A DNA stretch of 64,000 bases, taken from positions 448,001-512,000 of the forward strand of contig CAXXYE010000008.1 in NCBI GenBank assembly GCA_963674865.2, in the 5' to 3' direction. Below, piece by piece: positions 31,600 to 42,175 of the stretch (positions are counted from its first letter, which is position 1; every line of letters starts with the position of its first letter). The position numbers and the translations under genes were made by a program. Below the pieces are notes generated by a model. The model was not told where the DNA came from and did no database searches. It saw only the letters and a list, made by a program, of their open reading frames with translations. Source of the DNA: Candidatus Hydrogenedentota bacterium. Lineage in GTDB: Bacteria > Hydrogenedentota > Hydrogenedentia > Hydrogenedentales > SLHB01.

Positions 31600-32793
31600 T
31601 TATTGTTGCGCAAAGGGCCTATCCGGTGGAATCCGTATCTCTTTGGGGGGTGTTACGGACACTTCTTGCGGCCTGCCAAGCGCCGCCGTCTGCGGGCAGA
31701 AGTCATAGGGATATCGATACGCGCGGGGCGACCCCTCGACGTATTCCCAAACAGTCTCCCCATCGACGGTGACCTCAAATGCGCGCTTGCCGGACGACTC
31801 ACAGATGAGCGTGTTTCCATTCGCCAGGCGTTGCGCGCTGGAAGTGTAAGAGGAGTGGAACTCAAGCCACCTGTCATATATCCAAACAAGCTCCTTGTTG
31901 GTAGGGTCGATTTCCAGAACATACGAGGCCCCCGCATGGCCCAAGTCGTTCCACGGCGAAGCTCCATTGTCGAAGATCAGGATGTTCCCTTCGCCGGGTA
32001 GTCCCTTCTCGATCATGTGAGGCTCGTGCTGTCCCGAGAGCCCGCCGAAGTAGTCTCCGCTGTATTCCCAGACAATGTTCCCGCTGCCACGATCTATGAG
32101 ATAGATGGTGTCCAGCTGTCTCGGGCTGATCAACACATTGTCGGGCCTGAACCGTTCATCTCCGCCGTCGAAAAGGCGGTTTTCCGGGAGAGCCTGAACC
32201 GTATTGATATGTGTCCAGTCGCACACCGTGCTGTTGTGAGGGCCGGGAGGCCATTCCGGAGACGCGAGAATTCGGCGGTGATTCAGATCCAAGTGTTCGT
32301 AACTATGCCAAAGCCAGACTACTTCCCCTGTTCGATTCACCTCGATAATGGCGTCTCCGTAGATCGTCTCACCTTTCCAGGAAGGCTCTGCTAGCGTTTC
32401 AAGATATGCCGTGGGCACCACTTCGCGGCATATTGTCAGTGTGCTGCCGTCCGGTTTTCGGAACACGTCGTGGTGCGGGCCCAGCAGGGCTTCATGCGGT
32501 AGTTGGCCTTCCGGAACGTATTGCCAAACAAGCGTGCCGTGCCAGTCGTGTTCCTCGATGCCGCCGTTAGTGCTCATCATGCCGCCGCGTTGCACCAAGA
32601 CGTTGCCGTTATCCAACAACCTTGCCCTGTCTACCGATGGCGCATCGGATCCGACATCAAAACGCCACTCATTTACGGAACGGCCGTTCATGTCAACCAG
32701 TTTGACCAGGTTTCCCCGCCAGAGCATCGTATAGCCATTGCAGCATTTGTCTGTTTTGTATAGCGTCGTTCCGATCGGATAGACGGTTCTCAA
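31600..32793 (-). CDS. Arylsulfotransferase (ASST) family beta-propeller
   Basis: HHDV, DWTHINTV, GQHEP, ILIFDNG, SSAQRLANGNTLICE, GETVWEY. Confidence 0.82.
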   Translation of the reverse strand: MRTVYPIGTTLYKTDKCCNGYTMLWRGNLVKLVDMNGRSVNEWRFDVGSDAPSVDRARLLDNGNVLVQRGGMMSTNGGIEEHDWHGTLVWQYVPEGQLPHEALLGPHHDVFRKPDGSTLTICREVVPTAYLETLAEPSWKGETIYGDAIIEVNRTGEVVWLWHSYEHLDLNHRRILASPEWPPGPHNSTVCDWTHINTVQALPENRLFDGGDERFRPDNVLISPRQLDTIYLIDRGSGNIVWEYSGDYFGGLSGQHEPHMIEKGLPGEGNILIFDNGASPWNDLGHAGASYVLEIDPTNKELVWIYDRWLEFHSSYTSSAQRLANGNTLICESSGKRAFEVTVDGETVWEYVEGSPRAYRYPYDFCPQTAALGRPQEVSVTPPKEIRIPPDRPFAQQ

Positions 32794-32929
32794 AAGACGC
32801 CCCTCTCACTTCTTATTCGCTGACAGGAACCGGGCCGCCCATTCTCGCACTGGCTCGGCCGCTCTCCTGATGGACTCTGTGGACACCAGGTTGTCGCCGT
32901 CTGCAAACTCGGACTGATCGAGTGGTTGC

Positions 32930-34285
32930 CTATTCAATATGCAGCGGCGTGTGGGGCGAATCCGGCATACCGGGCATTTCGGATTCCTTCAAGTACCTCT
33001 TCTCGTTCGGGGCACGGCAATCCGGGTGATTGATTCTCGCCCCTTTCGGTGCGGGTAGGTAGCCTCGCAGCACGGGATCATCCGTCTGGCGCATCCAATT
33101 GCTCAGGCGTTCACGCATGGCCTCCAGCATGACGGCATGGCCAGGTTCCGTGGCGAGGTTGTGCCGTTCGTTTGGGTCGAAGGCGAGGTCGTAAAGCTCC
33201 TCCTCTTGGAGTGTCTCCTCCGCCCAGCCGTTTTCGAGCCAGTACGTCTTTGTAAGTCCCTCATCGCAGTTGGCGAGCACAGGTCTGAGCCGCGCATCGA
33301 ATCGGCGGATGTACTTCCAGCGGTCGGTGCGCACGCAGCGCGTCGGTTCATAGCAAGCGTGGTAGTTGAGTTCCGCGAAGATCTCTTCCCTCACATGCTT
33401 CTCTTCGCCTCGCACAAGCGGCATGAGCGATACGCCTTCGAGCCAGTCGGGCCTGTCAATCTCCAGGAGGTCACAGAGGGTGGGGAAAACATCGATGTGA
33501 CTTACGAGGGCATCGCAGGCTTTGCCGCCAACGAATCCGCCCGGCCCCCGGACGATCAGCATCACGCCGATGCCGCCGTCGGTTAGCGAGCATTTCATTC
33601 TGGGGAACGCGATGCCGTGATCCGTCGTGCAGATAACCAGAGTGTTGTCAGCGAGGCCATTTCGTTCGAGTGCGTCCAGCACCGTTCCCATCTTCGTGTC
33701 GAGCACGCGCACGCAGGTCCTGAAGGAGGCCATATCGCGGCGTGTCTCGGGCGTGTCGGGAAAGAGGGCCGGTGGAAGGCAGCAGTTCGGATTGTCTTCG
33801 GGGGAAGGCTCCGGGTACACGCGGTGGGTCTGGCCGAAGCCGACGGAGAGGAAGAAGGGTTGCTGTGGCGCGTCGTCCAAGAAAGCACTCGCGCGCTCGT
33901 GGGCCACGTCCTTGTCGCCCAGGTATCCATCGTAGCCGATGGCGCGCCACGGCTCCTCGGCTTGGCGTTCCACGTGCTGTACGCCGGAGAGATAAGACAC
34001 GTATCCGGCGTTCCGGAGTGTGTGCACCATGTGGCGGCTCCGGTATGTCAGGCCGAATCCACGATGCGCCAGTCCCAGCATGCCGTTGTTGTGGGCGTTC
34101 TGCCCCGTCAGCAGGCAGGCCCGGCTTGGCGAGCACGTCGGGCCGCAGCAAAAGGCCCTGCGGAACAAGATGCCTTCTTCGGCAAGCTGCTGGAGCCGCG
34201 GCGTGGGCATGGCATGCCCGTAAGGCTGAATGTAGCGCCCTGTGTCATGAGAGTGCAGGTAAAGAATATTCGGCTTGATTGGCAA
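32930..34285 (-). CDS. Cys-type (formylglycine) sulfatase
   Basis: KPNILYLHSHD, CSPSRACLLTG (CxPxR), TTDHG, ELYDL.FDPNE. Confidence 0.92.
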   Translation of the reverse strand: MPIKPNILYLHSHDTGRYIQPYGHAMPTPRLQQLAEEGILFRRAFCCGPTCSPSRACLLTGQNAHNNGMLGLAHRGFGLTYRSRHMVHTLRNAGYVSYLSGVQHVERQAEEPWRAIGYDGYLGDKDVAHERASAFLDDAPQQPFFLSVGFGQTHRVYPEPSPEDNPNCCLPPALFPDTPETRRDMASFRTCVRVLDTKMGTVLDALERNGLADNTLVICTTDHGIAFPRMKCSLTDGGIGVMLIVRGPGGFVGGKACDALVSHIDVFPTLCDLLEIDRPDWLEGVSLMPLVRGEEKHVREEIFAELNYHACYEPTRCVRTDRWKYIRRFDARLRPVLANCDEGLTKTYWLENGWAEETLQEEELYDLAFDPNERHNLATEPGHAVMLEAMRERLSNWMRQTDDPVLRGYLPAPKGARINHPDCRAPNEKRYLKESEMPGMPDSPHTPLHIE

Positions 34286-34381
34286 GAGATCCTCCCTTCT
34301 GGCCGGTTACCGTCCCGTAGATGCCGTCCTGGCCGAAGTTCGCAGCCGTTTCATAGGAATTGGGTGGGCAGCCCGCCGGCT

Positions 34382-36535
34382 TCACTCGTGTTTTCTCCGG
34401 AGCGCGCGGCTGAAGGTTCGGGTGAGGTCCTTGCGAAGCTTGAGAAAGCTCTTGGGGTGGGCGGGCTTTCGGACGATAAGCCTGTTCAACCTCCGAGTGA
34501 GGCGCATGGGGGCGTTCACGGCCCACCCCGAAGCCTCGAGGAGCGCGCTGAGATTGCGCCTTCGTAACCTGAAGTGGGCTATGAGCACTGTCGGGATGAG
34601 GACGATTGCAAGGCCGACCAATACAGCGTAAAGCAGGTACCATTTGTTGATACCGGCCAGGGTCTTGGTCATGTAGGCGAAGGACGAACCGAGCGCCGCT
34701 ACCGCGACGCCGCCAGTCAACATCATGTCGCGCAGGCGGCCTGTGGACGGTGTGGCAGGAGCGGGAGAAGGCACGGCCGGGCTTTGCGGCGGGGGCGGCG
34801 TCGGTGACGTGGGCACCGGCGGCGCCGAGGCGATGACCTCCTTTGCGCCGGTTTCGAGGGCGGTGCTGGTTTGCGTGACCTGCGCCTGCAATTGCTGTTC
34901 GGCGCCCGTCGAAATACGTTCGGCGGTCGAGGTGACCAGGGCGCCGATGCGCCGGAAGGGGCCGGCGATGGCCTCGGCCATACTCACGGGATTCTCAACG
35001 ACCTTGATCACCCTGGCGTCGTATTCATGCTCTCTCGCATCGAAGAGGACCCCGCGCTTGCCCACGCCGACGGTGCGCACCCGGCCGCGTGTGACGGGAG
35101 TTACTATGTAGAAGGGTTCATGTCCTCCCCCACCGGTTACCTCGAGATAGAGCAGGTAGATGCCTGAGCGCGGCGAGAGGGCGCTGTGCGCGTTTACATC
35201 CGACACGCGCAGGTTCAGGTTGAAGATATGTCCGTCCATTACTAACCGGCCCGCCTCGAACATGGCGCGGCGCTCCGGCTCATAGAGGTACGGGAAACTC
35301 ACGAAGTTGTTGCATAAGTCCAGAAACCAACGCTGAAGCAAGATGAGGTACTCAATATCGTTCAGCGCGGCAAGATCCGCGCCCGCGGCCACATCCGCGT
35401 CAATCAGTGCGCGGAGGCGTTGGGGAAGATCCCCGGCCAGGTAGGCCTCCAACTTCTCAGGGCCAAGCACCTCCACTTGGCCGCCGGCCTTGGCCGCCAG
35501 CCACTCCTGGTAAGGCGCGAAGGCCTGTTTCACGACACGCCATTCGGATTCACGCAACTCCGAACCGGCCCATGAAGGGCCAAGACGCGGCCGGATCACG
35601 GTGTCGAGCAGCTCCACAAGGCGTTCCCGGTAGTGCGGATTGGCCTGTTCGTTCAGGGGCAGCGTCCCCGCTGCATTCGGCTTGGCGAGTGGCGCACCGG
35701 CCAGGTACTCCTCAGTTGTCTGCGCCGAGACGAACACCTCGGGCGGGCAGGGGGCCTCCTGGAAGTCGCGGTCGAGGATGGCGTTGAGCGCCATTATTCG
35801 GCATTGCTGGAAGAAGAGATTGATTGGCTCTGCCAGCGCCTCGTACGCCGCGTAACGCTCCGCGGTGCTCTCGCCAAAGGGGAAGAGAGCCTCCAGGTCG
35901 GCGTCGACTTCACACCGGCGGCGCCATTCGAGCAGCGCCCGTGCATGCTCGAGGAAGTCATCGAGATGGCCGTGGTCCACGCCGGGCTTGCCGTTGACGT
36001 CGTCCGCGGCGCCGACGGTGGCGATGATATCTTCCGCGAACGCCTTGACATCGGCATCGTTGATGCTGCCCGGGGGGATGACGCCATCGCCGTTTTGATT
36101 GCCTTTTGCGAAGATGGCTTGGCTGTTCCGGACCTGGGCGAGGGTAAGGTGGTCCCTGTCCTGTTGGCCAAGATTGCGGAGTATCCTTACCGCGGCTTCA
36201 TGGATTGCCCGTCCCTCATCGTGGCTCGTATCGAGCGCCTCGAGGGAGAGGACATCCTGTTGCTCGGTGATCCCCGTGCGGTCGCGTAGGACGTGCAGCA
36301 GCCAGCGGCAGGCCTCGCGGACCTCCCAACTCCGGATGCGGCCATTGTGGTCGAGGTCCACACGCCCTAGCAGGACCGGGTCCGAAGTGAGTTGCTCGAT
36401 GGGGGCGCTTGTAGCTACCCAGAAGGGCTCGTCGAGGCGGTCAAGCGCAGCGAGGTCTTCGGCGCTCCGAATACGCAACTGGTACGTGCCGCCGTAGTTC
36501 TCGAAGACAAAGTCGCGTTTGCGAAACCACGCCAT
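34382..36535 (-). CDS. Conserved hypothetical membrane protein with an EF-hand-like loop and two C-terminal TM helices
   Basis: 717-aa ORF; DLDHNGRIRSWE loop; Pro-rich linker; hydrophobic segments GGVAVAALGSSFAYM and YLLYAVLVGLAIVLIPTVLIA. Confidence 0.7.
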   Translation of the reverse strand: MAWFRKRDFVFENYGGTYQLRIRSAEDLAALDRLDEPFWVATSAPIEQLTSDPVLLGRVDLDHNGRIRSWEVREACRWLLHVLRDRTGITEQQDVLSLEALDTSHDEGRAIHEAAVRILRNLGQQDRDHLTLAQVRNSQAIFAKGNQNGDGVIPPGSINDADVKAFAEDIIATVGAADDVNGKPGVDHGHLDDFLEHARALLEWRRRCEVDADLEALFPFGESTAERYAAYEALAEPINLFFQQCRIMALNAILDRDFQEAPCPPEVFVSAQTTEEYLAGAPLAKPNAAGTLPLNEQANPHYRERLVELLDTVIRPRLGPSWAGSELRESEWRVVKQAFAPYQEWLAAKAGGQVEVLGPEKLEAYLAGDLPQRLRALIDADVAAGADLAALNDIEYLILLQRWFLDLCNNFVSFPYLYEPERRAMFEAGRLVMDGHIFNLNLRVSDVNAHSALSPRSGIYLLYLEVTGGGGHEPFYIVTPVTRGRVRTVGVGKRGVLFDAREHEYDARVIKVVENPVSMAEAIAGPFRRIGALVTSTAERISTGAEQQLQAQVTQTSTALETGAKEVIASAPPVPTSPTPPPPQSPAVPSPAPATPSTGRLRDMMLTGGVAVAALGSSFAYMTKTLAGINKWYLLYAVLVGLAIVLIPTVLIAHFRLRRRNLSALLEASGWAVNAPMRLTRRLNRLIVRKPAHPKSFLKLRKDLTRTFSRALRRKHE

Positions 36536-36661
36536 CTATTGGCCCGCCTCTCTGTGGACAGCCACGCTGCGGGTTAATCCGGGGTCGGCCCCTCCGTTTC
36601 TATGCTACACGCCGGTCTCGCCGGCCGGCACGGCTTCAAAGCCGCGGTCGGGGCACCCGGA

Positions 36662-37948
36662 TTATCTCCTCTCGTGCAGAAGGTCGCAGATCGATAGGTA
36701 GCCGTTTCGTTTTGCCAGATCCTGTGGGAGCGTACCGTCGCGGTCCTCCGCCGTCGCGTCCGCCCCATGCTCGATCAGTGCTCTCGATACCTCAAGATTT
36801 CCCATAAAGGCGGCATGGTGAAGCGGGGTCCGCTCCTGTTCATCGGGAGCGTCTACATCCGCGCCTTGATCGATGAGCAACTGAGCCATTGCCGTCTGTT
36901 GGTTGAGGATGGCGATGCCGAGCGGCGTTCTACCGGCGCTTGTCACAGCATTGACGTCAACGCCCTGGTTGATCATTTCCTGCACGATGTCGGTGCGACC
37001 TAAGGCCGCCGCCATCGGTAGCGAGTCGACGGGCGCCCCGTTCATCGAGAAGAGCAAGACCACCTTCTGGAATCCCTCGTTGACGGCAATATCCAGCGGG
37101 CTGCGCCCCTCATTGTCGGGGAGGTTCATGTCTGCCCCTTGCTTGAGCAGGAGGCCGACCATCGCCGTGTTATTCTGCATGACGGCCTCATGAAGCGCCG
37201 TCCGCCCCGCGGCGTCTTTGGCGTTGACGTCGACTCCTTTGGCCAAAAGCAACTCGACGACATCCTGGAGTCGTTTGGTAACGGCCAAATGGAGCAGGGG
37301 CGTGCCGTGCTTATCCGTAGCGGACAGGTCCGCCCCGGTATTAATAAGCCGCATGGCCAATCCCGGATCGCGGCGCATGATCGCTGTGAGCACCGATGCT
37401 GGGCCGCTCTCCAGAGGCCCGGCATAGCCGTAGCCTGCGGGCGTGGACGTCTCGCCCGGAGCGGGCACAGTGGCGGGGAGTTCGGACGGGCCGGCCGCCT
37501 GTGTCGGAGGCGTGGTTCCGCCCGGCCCCTGCGCGGCTAAGGTGATCTCCGGCGCCTCAAATGCCTTGGCCGCTCTAGCGGCACATTCGGGCGATGAGCA
37601 CGTGGCGCTATTTCCCGAACGCCAGAAGCCTTGGGTTAGCGTGTAGTGATAGTCCACACCATAGAAAGTCGGCTCTCCCGCCTCGCCGGACTGTTTGGCG
37701 TACACGTGGATGGTTCCGGCCGCAGGCCCGATGAGCCCGTACTCCCTGGCGAAGTCGACCGTTGCGGTATACTCAATGTCCGTATCGGACGTCATGGCCT
37801 CATGTTCCCTGAGCTTTTCCTGCGCTATTGTGGCCAATTGCTCACGGAGAACCGACCCCTGCTTCTGCGCATAGAGGAAGAACGCCCCCACGCCGACGAG
37901 GATAATCACGACCACTCCGATATTCCGCCGCTTGCTGCTGGAACTCAT
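36662..37948 (-). CDS. Membrane-anchored ankyrin repeat protein
   Basis: N-terminal TM; repeats GRTALHEA..LLLKQGADMN, GRTPLGIA, RTPLHHAA..LIEHGAD. Confidence 0.88.
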   Translation of the reverse strand: MSSSSKRRNIGVVVIILVGVGAFFLYAQKQGSVLREQLATIAQEKLREHEAMTSDTDIEYTATVDFAREYGLIGPAAGTIHVYAKQSGEAGEPTFYGVDYHYTLTQGFWRSGNSATCSSPECAARAAKAFEAPEITLAAQGPGGTTPPTQAAGPSELPATVPAPGETSTPAGYGYAGPLESGPASVLTAIMRRDPGLAMRLINTGADLSATDKHGTPLLHLAVTKRLQDVVELLLAKGVDVNAKDAAGRTALHEAVMQNNTAMVGLLLKQGADMNLPDNEGRSPLDIAVNEGFQKVVLLFSMNGAPVDSLPMAAALGRTDIVQEMINQGVDVNAVTSAGRTPLGIAILNQQTAMAQLLIDQGADVDAPDEQERTPLHHAAFMGNLEVSRALIEHGADATAEDRDGTLPQDLAKRNGYLSICDLLHERR

Positions 37949-38042
37949 CCTGCTGGACTCCTTCTATAGAGGCACCCGTCCCGTACTCCGGGTTCTCGGG
38001 TAGTAGCCACAACGTCTTGATACTACTGTTTTTCCGTCGATC

Positions 38043-38071
38043 CTTATAGTGAAACGGCTCGGGATTGTCAA
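38043..38071 (-). promoter_or_regulatory. Sigma70-type promoter upstream of the ankyrin gene
   Basis: TTGACA-17 bp-TATAAG on the minus strand. Confidence 0.55.
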
Positions 38072-38282
38072 GAAAGCGTCGGTGGGAGCGTGGTCCTGCG
38101 CCCGTCGCGAAGGTGGACTACATTTCAATCGATGTAACGCGCATGTCCCGGCAGACAGCGTCCCAAGCGTGAGCGCGCCGTCTCTGCTGGTGGGGGTTGC
38201 TGGGTGCGCGATGGCGCGATCGCCGGGAGCCTAAGCCCCTTGCGCTCCGTTGTCGTGCTTCCAAGGTCCCGTAAGGAAGACG

Positions 38283-38939
38283 CTATTGGGCCGACTGCGC
38301 CCCTCGGGGCTTCACCCGCAAAGGGATAACGGCGGCCGTTAAGTCGTCGAACGTGACGTCTTCCAGCCACGTTTTCCGGAGTACTCCTTGTTGGTCGAAG
38401 ATGAATGTGGCCGGCAGGGCGCCGTCCCAGTCGATTTTGAGCGCCAAGGCCAGCCTCTCCGGCGAGCGCTCATCGATGATTCTAACGGGAAAGGGCAGAC
38501 CGTGTCTTGCGACGAACGGCTTCACATGTGAATCGATTGTGTCCGGGTGGTCGGCCGAGACACTCAGAAGCAATACGTCGGCGCCTTGGATTTCCTCATA
38601 GAACTTCACGAATTCCGGCATCTCCGCCACACACGGCGGGCACCAGGTGGCCCAGAAGTTCACCACCACAATCTTGCCGCGATGGGACGCCAGCACCTTT
38701 GCTAACTTGTCCGTGCTGACGACGGTGACTTCGGGAACCGCCGCGTGGGCGCCCTCAAACGTGGAGCTACCTTCCGCCGTCGAAATGAGCGGGCCGGCAT
38801 TTCCTGTCCCACCTGGACATCCCACCGTGGCAACGAGGATTAGAAGAGCCACGGGGAGGAGGCGCTCGGCGACGGTGCCCGTCGCCGAAGCGCTTCTCCG
38901 CTTTCCTTCCCCAGCATCACGGTCTTTCAGAGCAGACAT
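38283..38939 (-). CDS. TlpA-family thiol-disulfide oxidoreductase, probable lipoprotein
   Basis: VVNFWATWCPPC, LPATFIFD; lipobox-like TVGC. Confidence 0.9.
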   Translation of the reverse strand: MSALKDRDAGEGKRRSASATGTVAERLLPVALLILVATVGCPGGTGNAGPLISTAEGSSTFEGAHAAVPEVTVVSTDKLAKVLASHRGKIVVVNFWATWCPPCVAEMPEFVKFYEEIQGADVLLLSVSADHPDTIDSHVKPFVARHGLPFPVRIIDERSPERLALALKIDWDGALPATFIFDQQGVLRKTWLEDVTFDDLTAAVIPLRVKPRGAQSAQ

Positions 38940-38957
38940 CAGTGACCTCCTGGGCTC

Positions 38958-39608
38958 CTACGTAGCGGAGGCCGTCGTTCGAGCAGGCGACGAGGGGACC
39001 CGTTTGATCCCGCAGCCCCATGCCTGCACTTCCGGAGCCGCCACCGGCTTGCCTGCCAAGAGGTCTTCCAATGCGTTGCGGACATAGTTGATATCACCGG
39101 TTTGGTCCGGTGCTTTCCGGTTGTCGTAAGCGCCGTGATAGGCCACCTTGCCGTCTTTGTCTACGATGAAGAACTCGGGCGTTCGGGATGCCCCGACCTC
39201 GTCGGCGTACTTGTTCTCCACGTCCTTCAACACGGGATAAGGGATGCCTTCCTTGGCCACATACGCCTTGAGCTCCTCAGGAGAGGTGCTCCGATTTGAG
39301 TCGATGGCGAAGAAAGCCACACCCTTCGCACTATATTCTTTCGCCAATGTCTTGAGGCCCTTGTCCGCTGCATGAGACCACGGACACTTCTGCGAACTGA
39401 AGATCAGAACGGCCGTTTTCCCTTTGACGGATGCCAAGCTGTGCGCCTTGCCATCGGTGTCATTCAACTGAAACAAAGGCATCTTCTTGCCCACGGACAC
39501 CTTTGGATTCTCGGCAGCTAAGACGGAACCGGCGACGACGGCGAGTAGTATGAGCAGGCCCAGCACCGTTGCGATGTCAAGGGCCGCCTTCCAGTCTGGT
39601 TGCCGCAT
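38958..39608 (-). CDS. Exported redoxin (AhpC/TSA-like thioredoxin fold)
   Basis: FQLNDTDGK, SQKCPWS, ASRTPEFF, YHGAYD, AWGCGIK. Confidence 0.85.
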   Translation of the reverse strand: MRQPDWKAALDIATVLGLLILLAVVAGSVLAAENPKVSVGKKMPLFQLNDTDGKAHSLASVKGKTAVLIFSSQKCPWSHAADKGLKTLAKEYSAKGVAFFAIDSNRSTSPEELKAYVAKEGIPYPVLKDVENKYADEVGASRTPEFFIVDKDGKVAYHGAYDNRKAPDQTGDINYVRNALEDLLAGKPVAAPEVQAWGCGIKRVPSSPARTTASAT

Positions 39609-39839
39609 GATTTGTCTCTCCTTTGGCTGACTCGGATTCAAGCCACTCTCTGTCCTTTCTGGAGAAACACATCGATTTCCCGCCCTATGCCCGGGGTGGC
39701 CTCATGACATGGCCGTGTTGAACAGGTTTCCTGGCTTCTGTTAGCGTTGTGCCCGGCGTAGAGATACACCCCTTCCATGCGATGGTGGACGCAACCGCCG
39801 TGTGCCGGCGAGTCCGGGAACCGTTCCGAGAGCAAGCTG

Positions 39840-42093
39840 ATGGCCAACGACCAGAGCGCTGTTAAGACGCGGAATGAATTCGGCACCTTCGCCGGAGTCT
39901 TCACGCCGTGCATCCTCACCATCCTCGGCGTTGTGCTCTTCATGCGTGCCAACTTCGTCCTCGGCCATGCAGGCATATTAAGCACTATTCTCATCCTGCT
40001 GATGGCCAAGTCGATAACCTTCTTGACAGCGCTCTCGACGAGCGCCATCGGCACGAACATGCAGGTGCGGGGAGGGGGGGCCTACTACCTCATCTCGCGC
40101 GTGCTCGGGCCCGAGTTCGGCGGGGCAATCGGCATCGTGCTCTTTCTGGCCCAGGCCATCTCGATACCTTTCTATGTTCTTGGCTTCACGGAGGCACTCG
40201 TCCAGACGTTCCCCGGGCTTGGGGCGCACCATCAGGCCATTGCCTTCGGCACCGCCGCCGCATTGCTGGTGGTTACTTTTGTCGGCGCCGGCTGGGCGAT
40301 TCGCGTGCAGTACGTGATCATGGCGAGCCTGGTTCTGTCCATTCTGGTATTCATGGCTGGGGGGGGTGAGGCATTTCACACTGGATACCTTCTTCGCCAA
40401 CTGGGGCTCGGCTTTCTCGAGCATTAGCGCGGATACGCCCGAGGCGGGGTCGTACACTTTCTGGGGCGTTTTCGCCATCTACTTCCCGGCTGTTACCGGC
40501 ATCATGGCGGGGATCAACATGTCCGGCGACCTGAAGGACCCCGCCCGCAGCATTCCCCGCGGCACCCTTGCCGCCATCGGCGTCGGCCTTATCGTGTATT
40601 TTGCGCAGATCCTTGTTTTTGCGGGCGCATTTGAGCGCGAAACGCTCATTTCACAGCCGTATCTTCTGCTAAAAGAAAACGCCCTGTTCGGCCTCGGGAT
40701 TCTGGTTGCCTTGGGCATGTTTGCCGCCACTTTGTCGAGCGGCCTCGGCAGCTTCATGGGCGCGCCACGTGTGCTGCAGGCCGTGGCGCGGGATGGCATT
40801 CTCCGGCCGCTGCGGCCGTTTGCGAAGGGAACTCAAAAAGGGGATGAGCCGCGCCGGGCCGTCTTGGCCGCCGGGCTACTGAGCTTCGTGGTGCTCTATT
40901 GGGCTGGGAGCGACCCGGAGGGCCAAGCTCTCAATATCGTGGCCCAAACCATCACCATGTTTTTCCTGTACACCTACGGCATGCTCAACATCGCCGCCTT
41001 CATCGAAACCGTCGGCGCCAACCCATCCTTCCGCCCTACGTTCAAGTACTACCACTGGAGTACCGCTCTTGCGGGAGGCTTGGGATGCATCGCCGTCGCC
41101 TTCGTGATCGCCCCGCTCGAGGCCTGTGTCGCCATTCTCTTGCTGGCCGGACTGGTATGGCATCTCAGCCGCCGCCAGTGGCGCGCTACCTTCGGCGACG
41201 CGCGGCGTGGATTTCTGTTTAAGACGGCCCGCGACAGTCTGCTCAGCCTCGCCCGTATGGAGGAGACGCCCAAGAATTGGCGGCCCACAAGCCTCGTGTT
41301 CTCCGGCCAGCCCGAAGCGCGCGAGCAACTCGTCGATTACGCTGTGTGGCTCGAGGCGGGGAGAGGGATTGCGTTCCTGGCGAATGTCCTCGTGGGGGAT
41401 CCGCAGGAGTACGCGAAGCACAGGAATACTGCCCGAAAGGCCCTCGACGAGTTCTGCCGTAAACGTAATATCGAGGCCTTTCCCGTCGTAGTCGTCGACA
41501 GAGAGCTTGAACACGGCATGGCGGCGATTCTGCAGAGCCTCGGCATCGGGCCCATCCGGCCCAACGTCGTTGTCTTCGGGTGGTCGGGTGATCAGGAACG
41601 CCTTAGCGCGTCGGTGCGCAGTCTGCGGTTGGCGGCGGATCTCGGCGCAAGTCTGGTTGTGGTTCAGGAAGGACAGCGCCCTTTCAAGTATGGGCGAAAA
41701 CGGGTTGACGTGTGGTGGCGTGGCATGAAGAACGGCGGACTGATGGTACTCCTCGCGCACCTACTGACACGCAACTGGGAGTGGAGTCGGACGGATGTCC
41801 GGCTGCTGCGCGTCATCGGAGACGAGGCCGGGCGCGCCGGCACCGCCGAAGACCTCCAAAAGCTCCTGGAGGAATCCCGAATTGAGGCTTCTGTGAAGGT
41901 GATCACATCCGGCCGGCCGTTCGCGGATGTCCTACATCAAGAGTCGTCCGACGCCGACTGCGTCTTCCTCGGCTTCGAGATCCCCGAGGAGGCCGATGCC
42001 GCCAATTGGCACCGGCGCTACCAGGACATGCTCCACGACATGCCCACCATCATCCTCGTCTCCTCTCAAGGTATCGAAGATATCCGCGCGTAG
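39840..42093 (+). CDS. Cation-chloride cotransporter (SLC12/CCC-like, APC superfamily), frameshifted at a G8 tract (40359-40366)
   Basis: FGTFAGVFTPCILTILGVVLFMR, GGGAYYLISRVLGPEFGGAIG, FAIYFPAVTGIMAGINMSGDLKDP..SIP.GT, NPSFRPTF, KNWRP, VDVWW. Removing one G joins ORFs 39777..40427 and 40366..42093. Confidence 0.88.
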
Positions 42094-42107
42094 AGCTGCA
42101 CGTGCCC

Positions 42108-42136
42108 TTGACAGCGCTCGTGGTCCGCGCTATCGT
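42108..42136 (+). promoter_or_regulatory. Sigma70-type promoter of the HD-GYP gene
   Basis: TTGACA-17 bp-TATCGT. Confidence 0.55.
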
Positions 42137-42175
42137 TTCATGTGTGAGGTGCTAAAATGTTTCGGGGCGAGGTGA

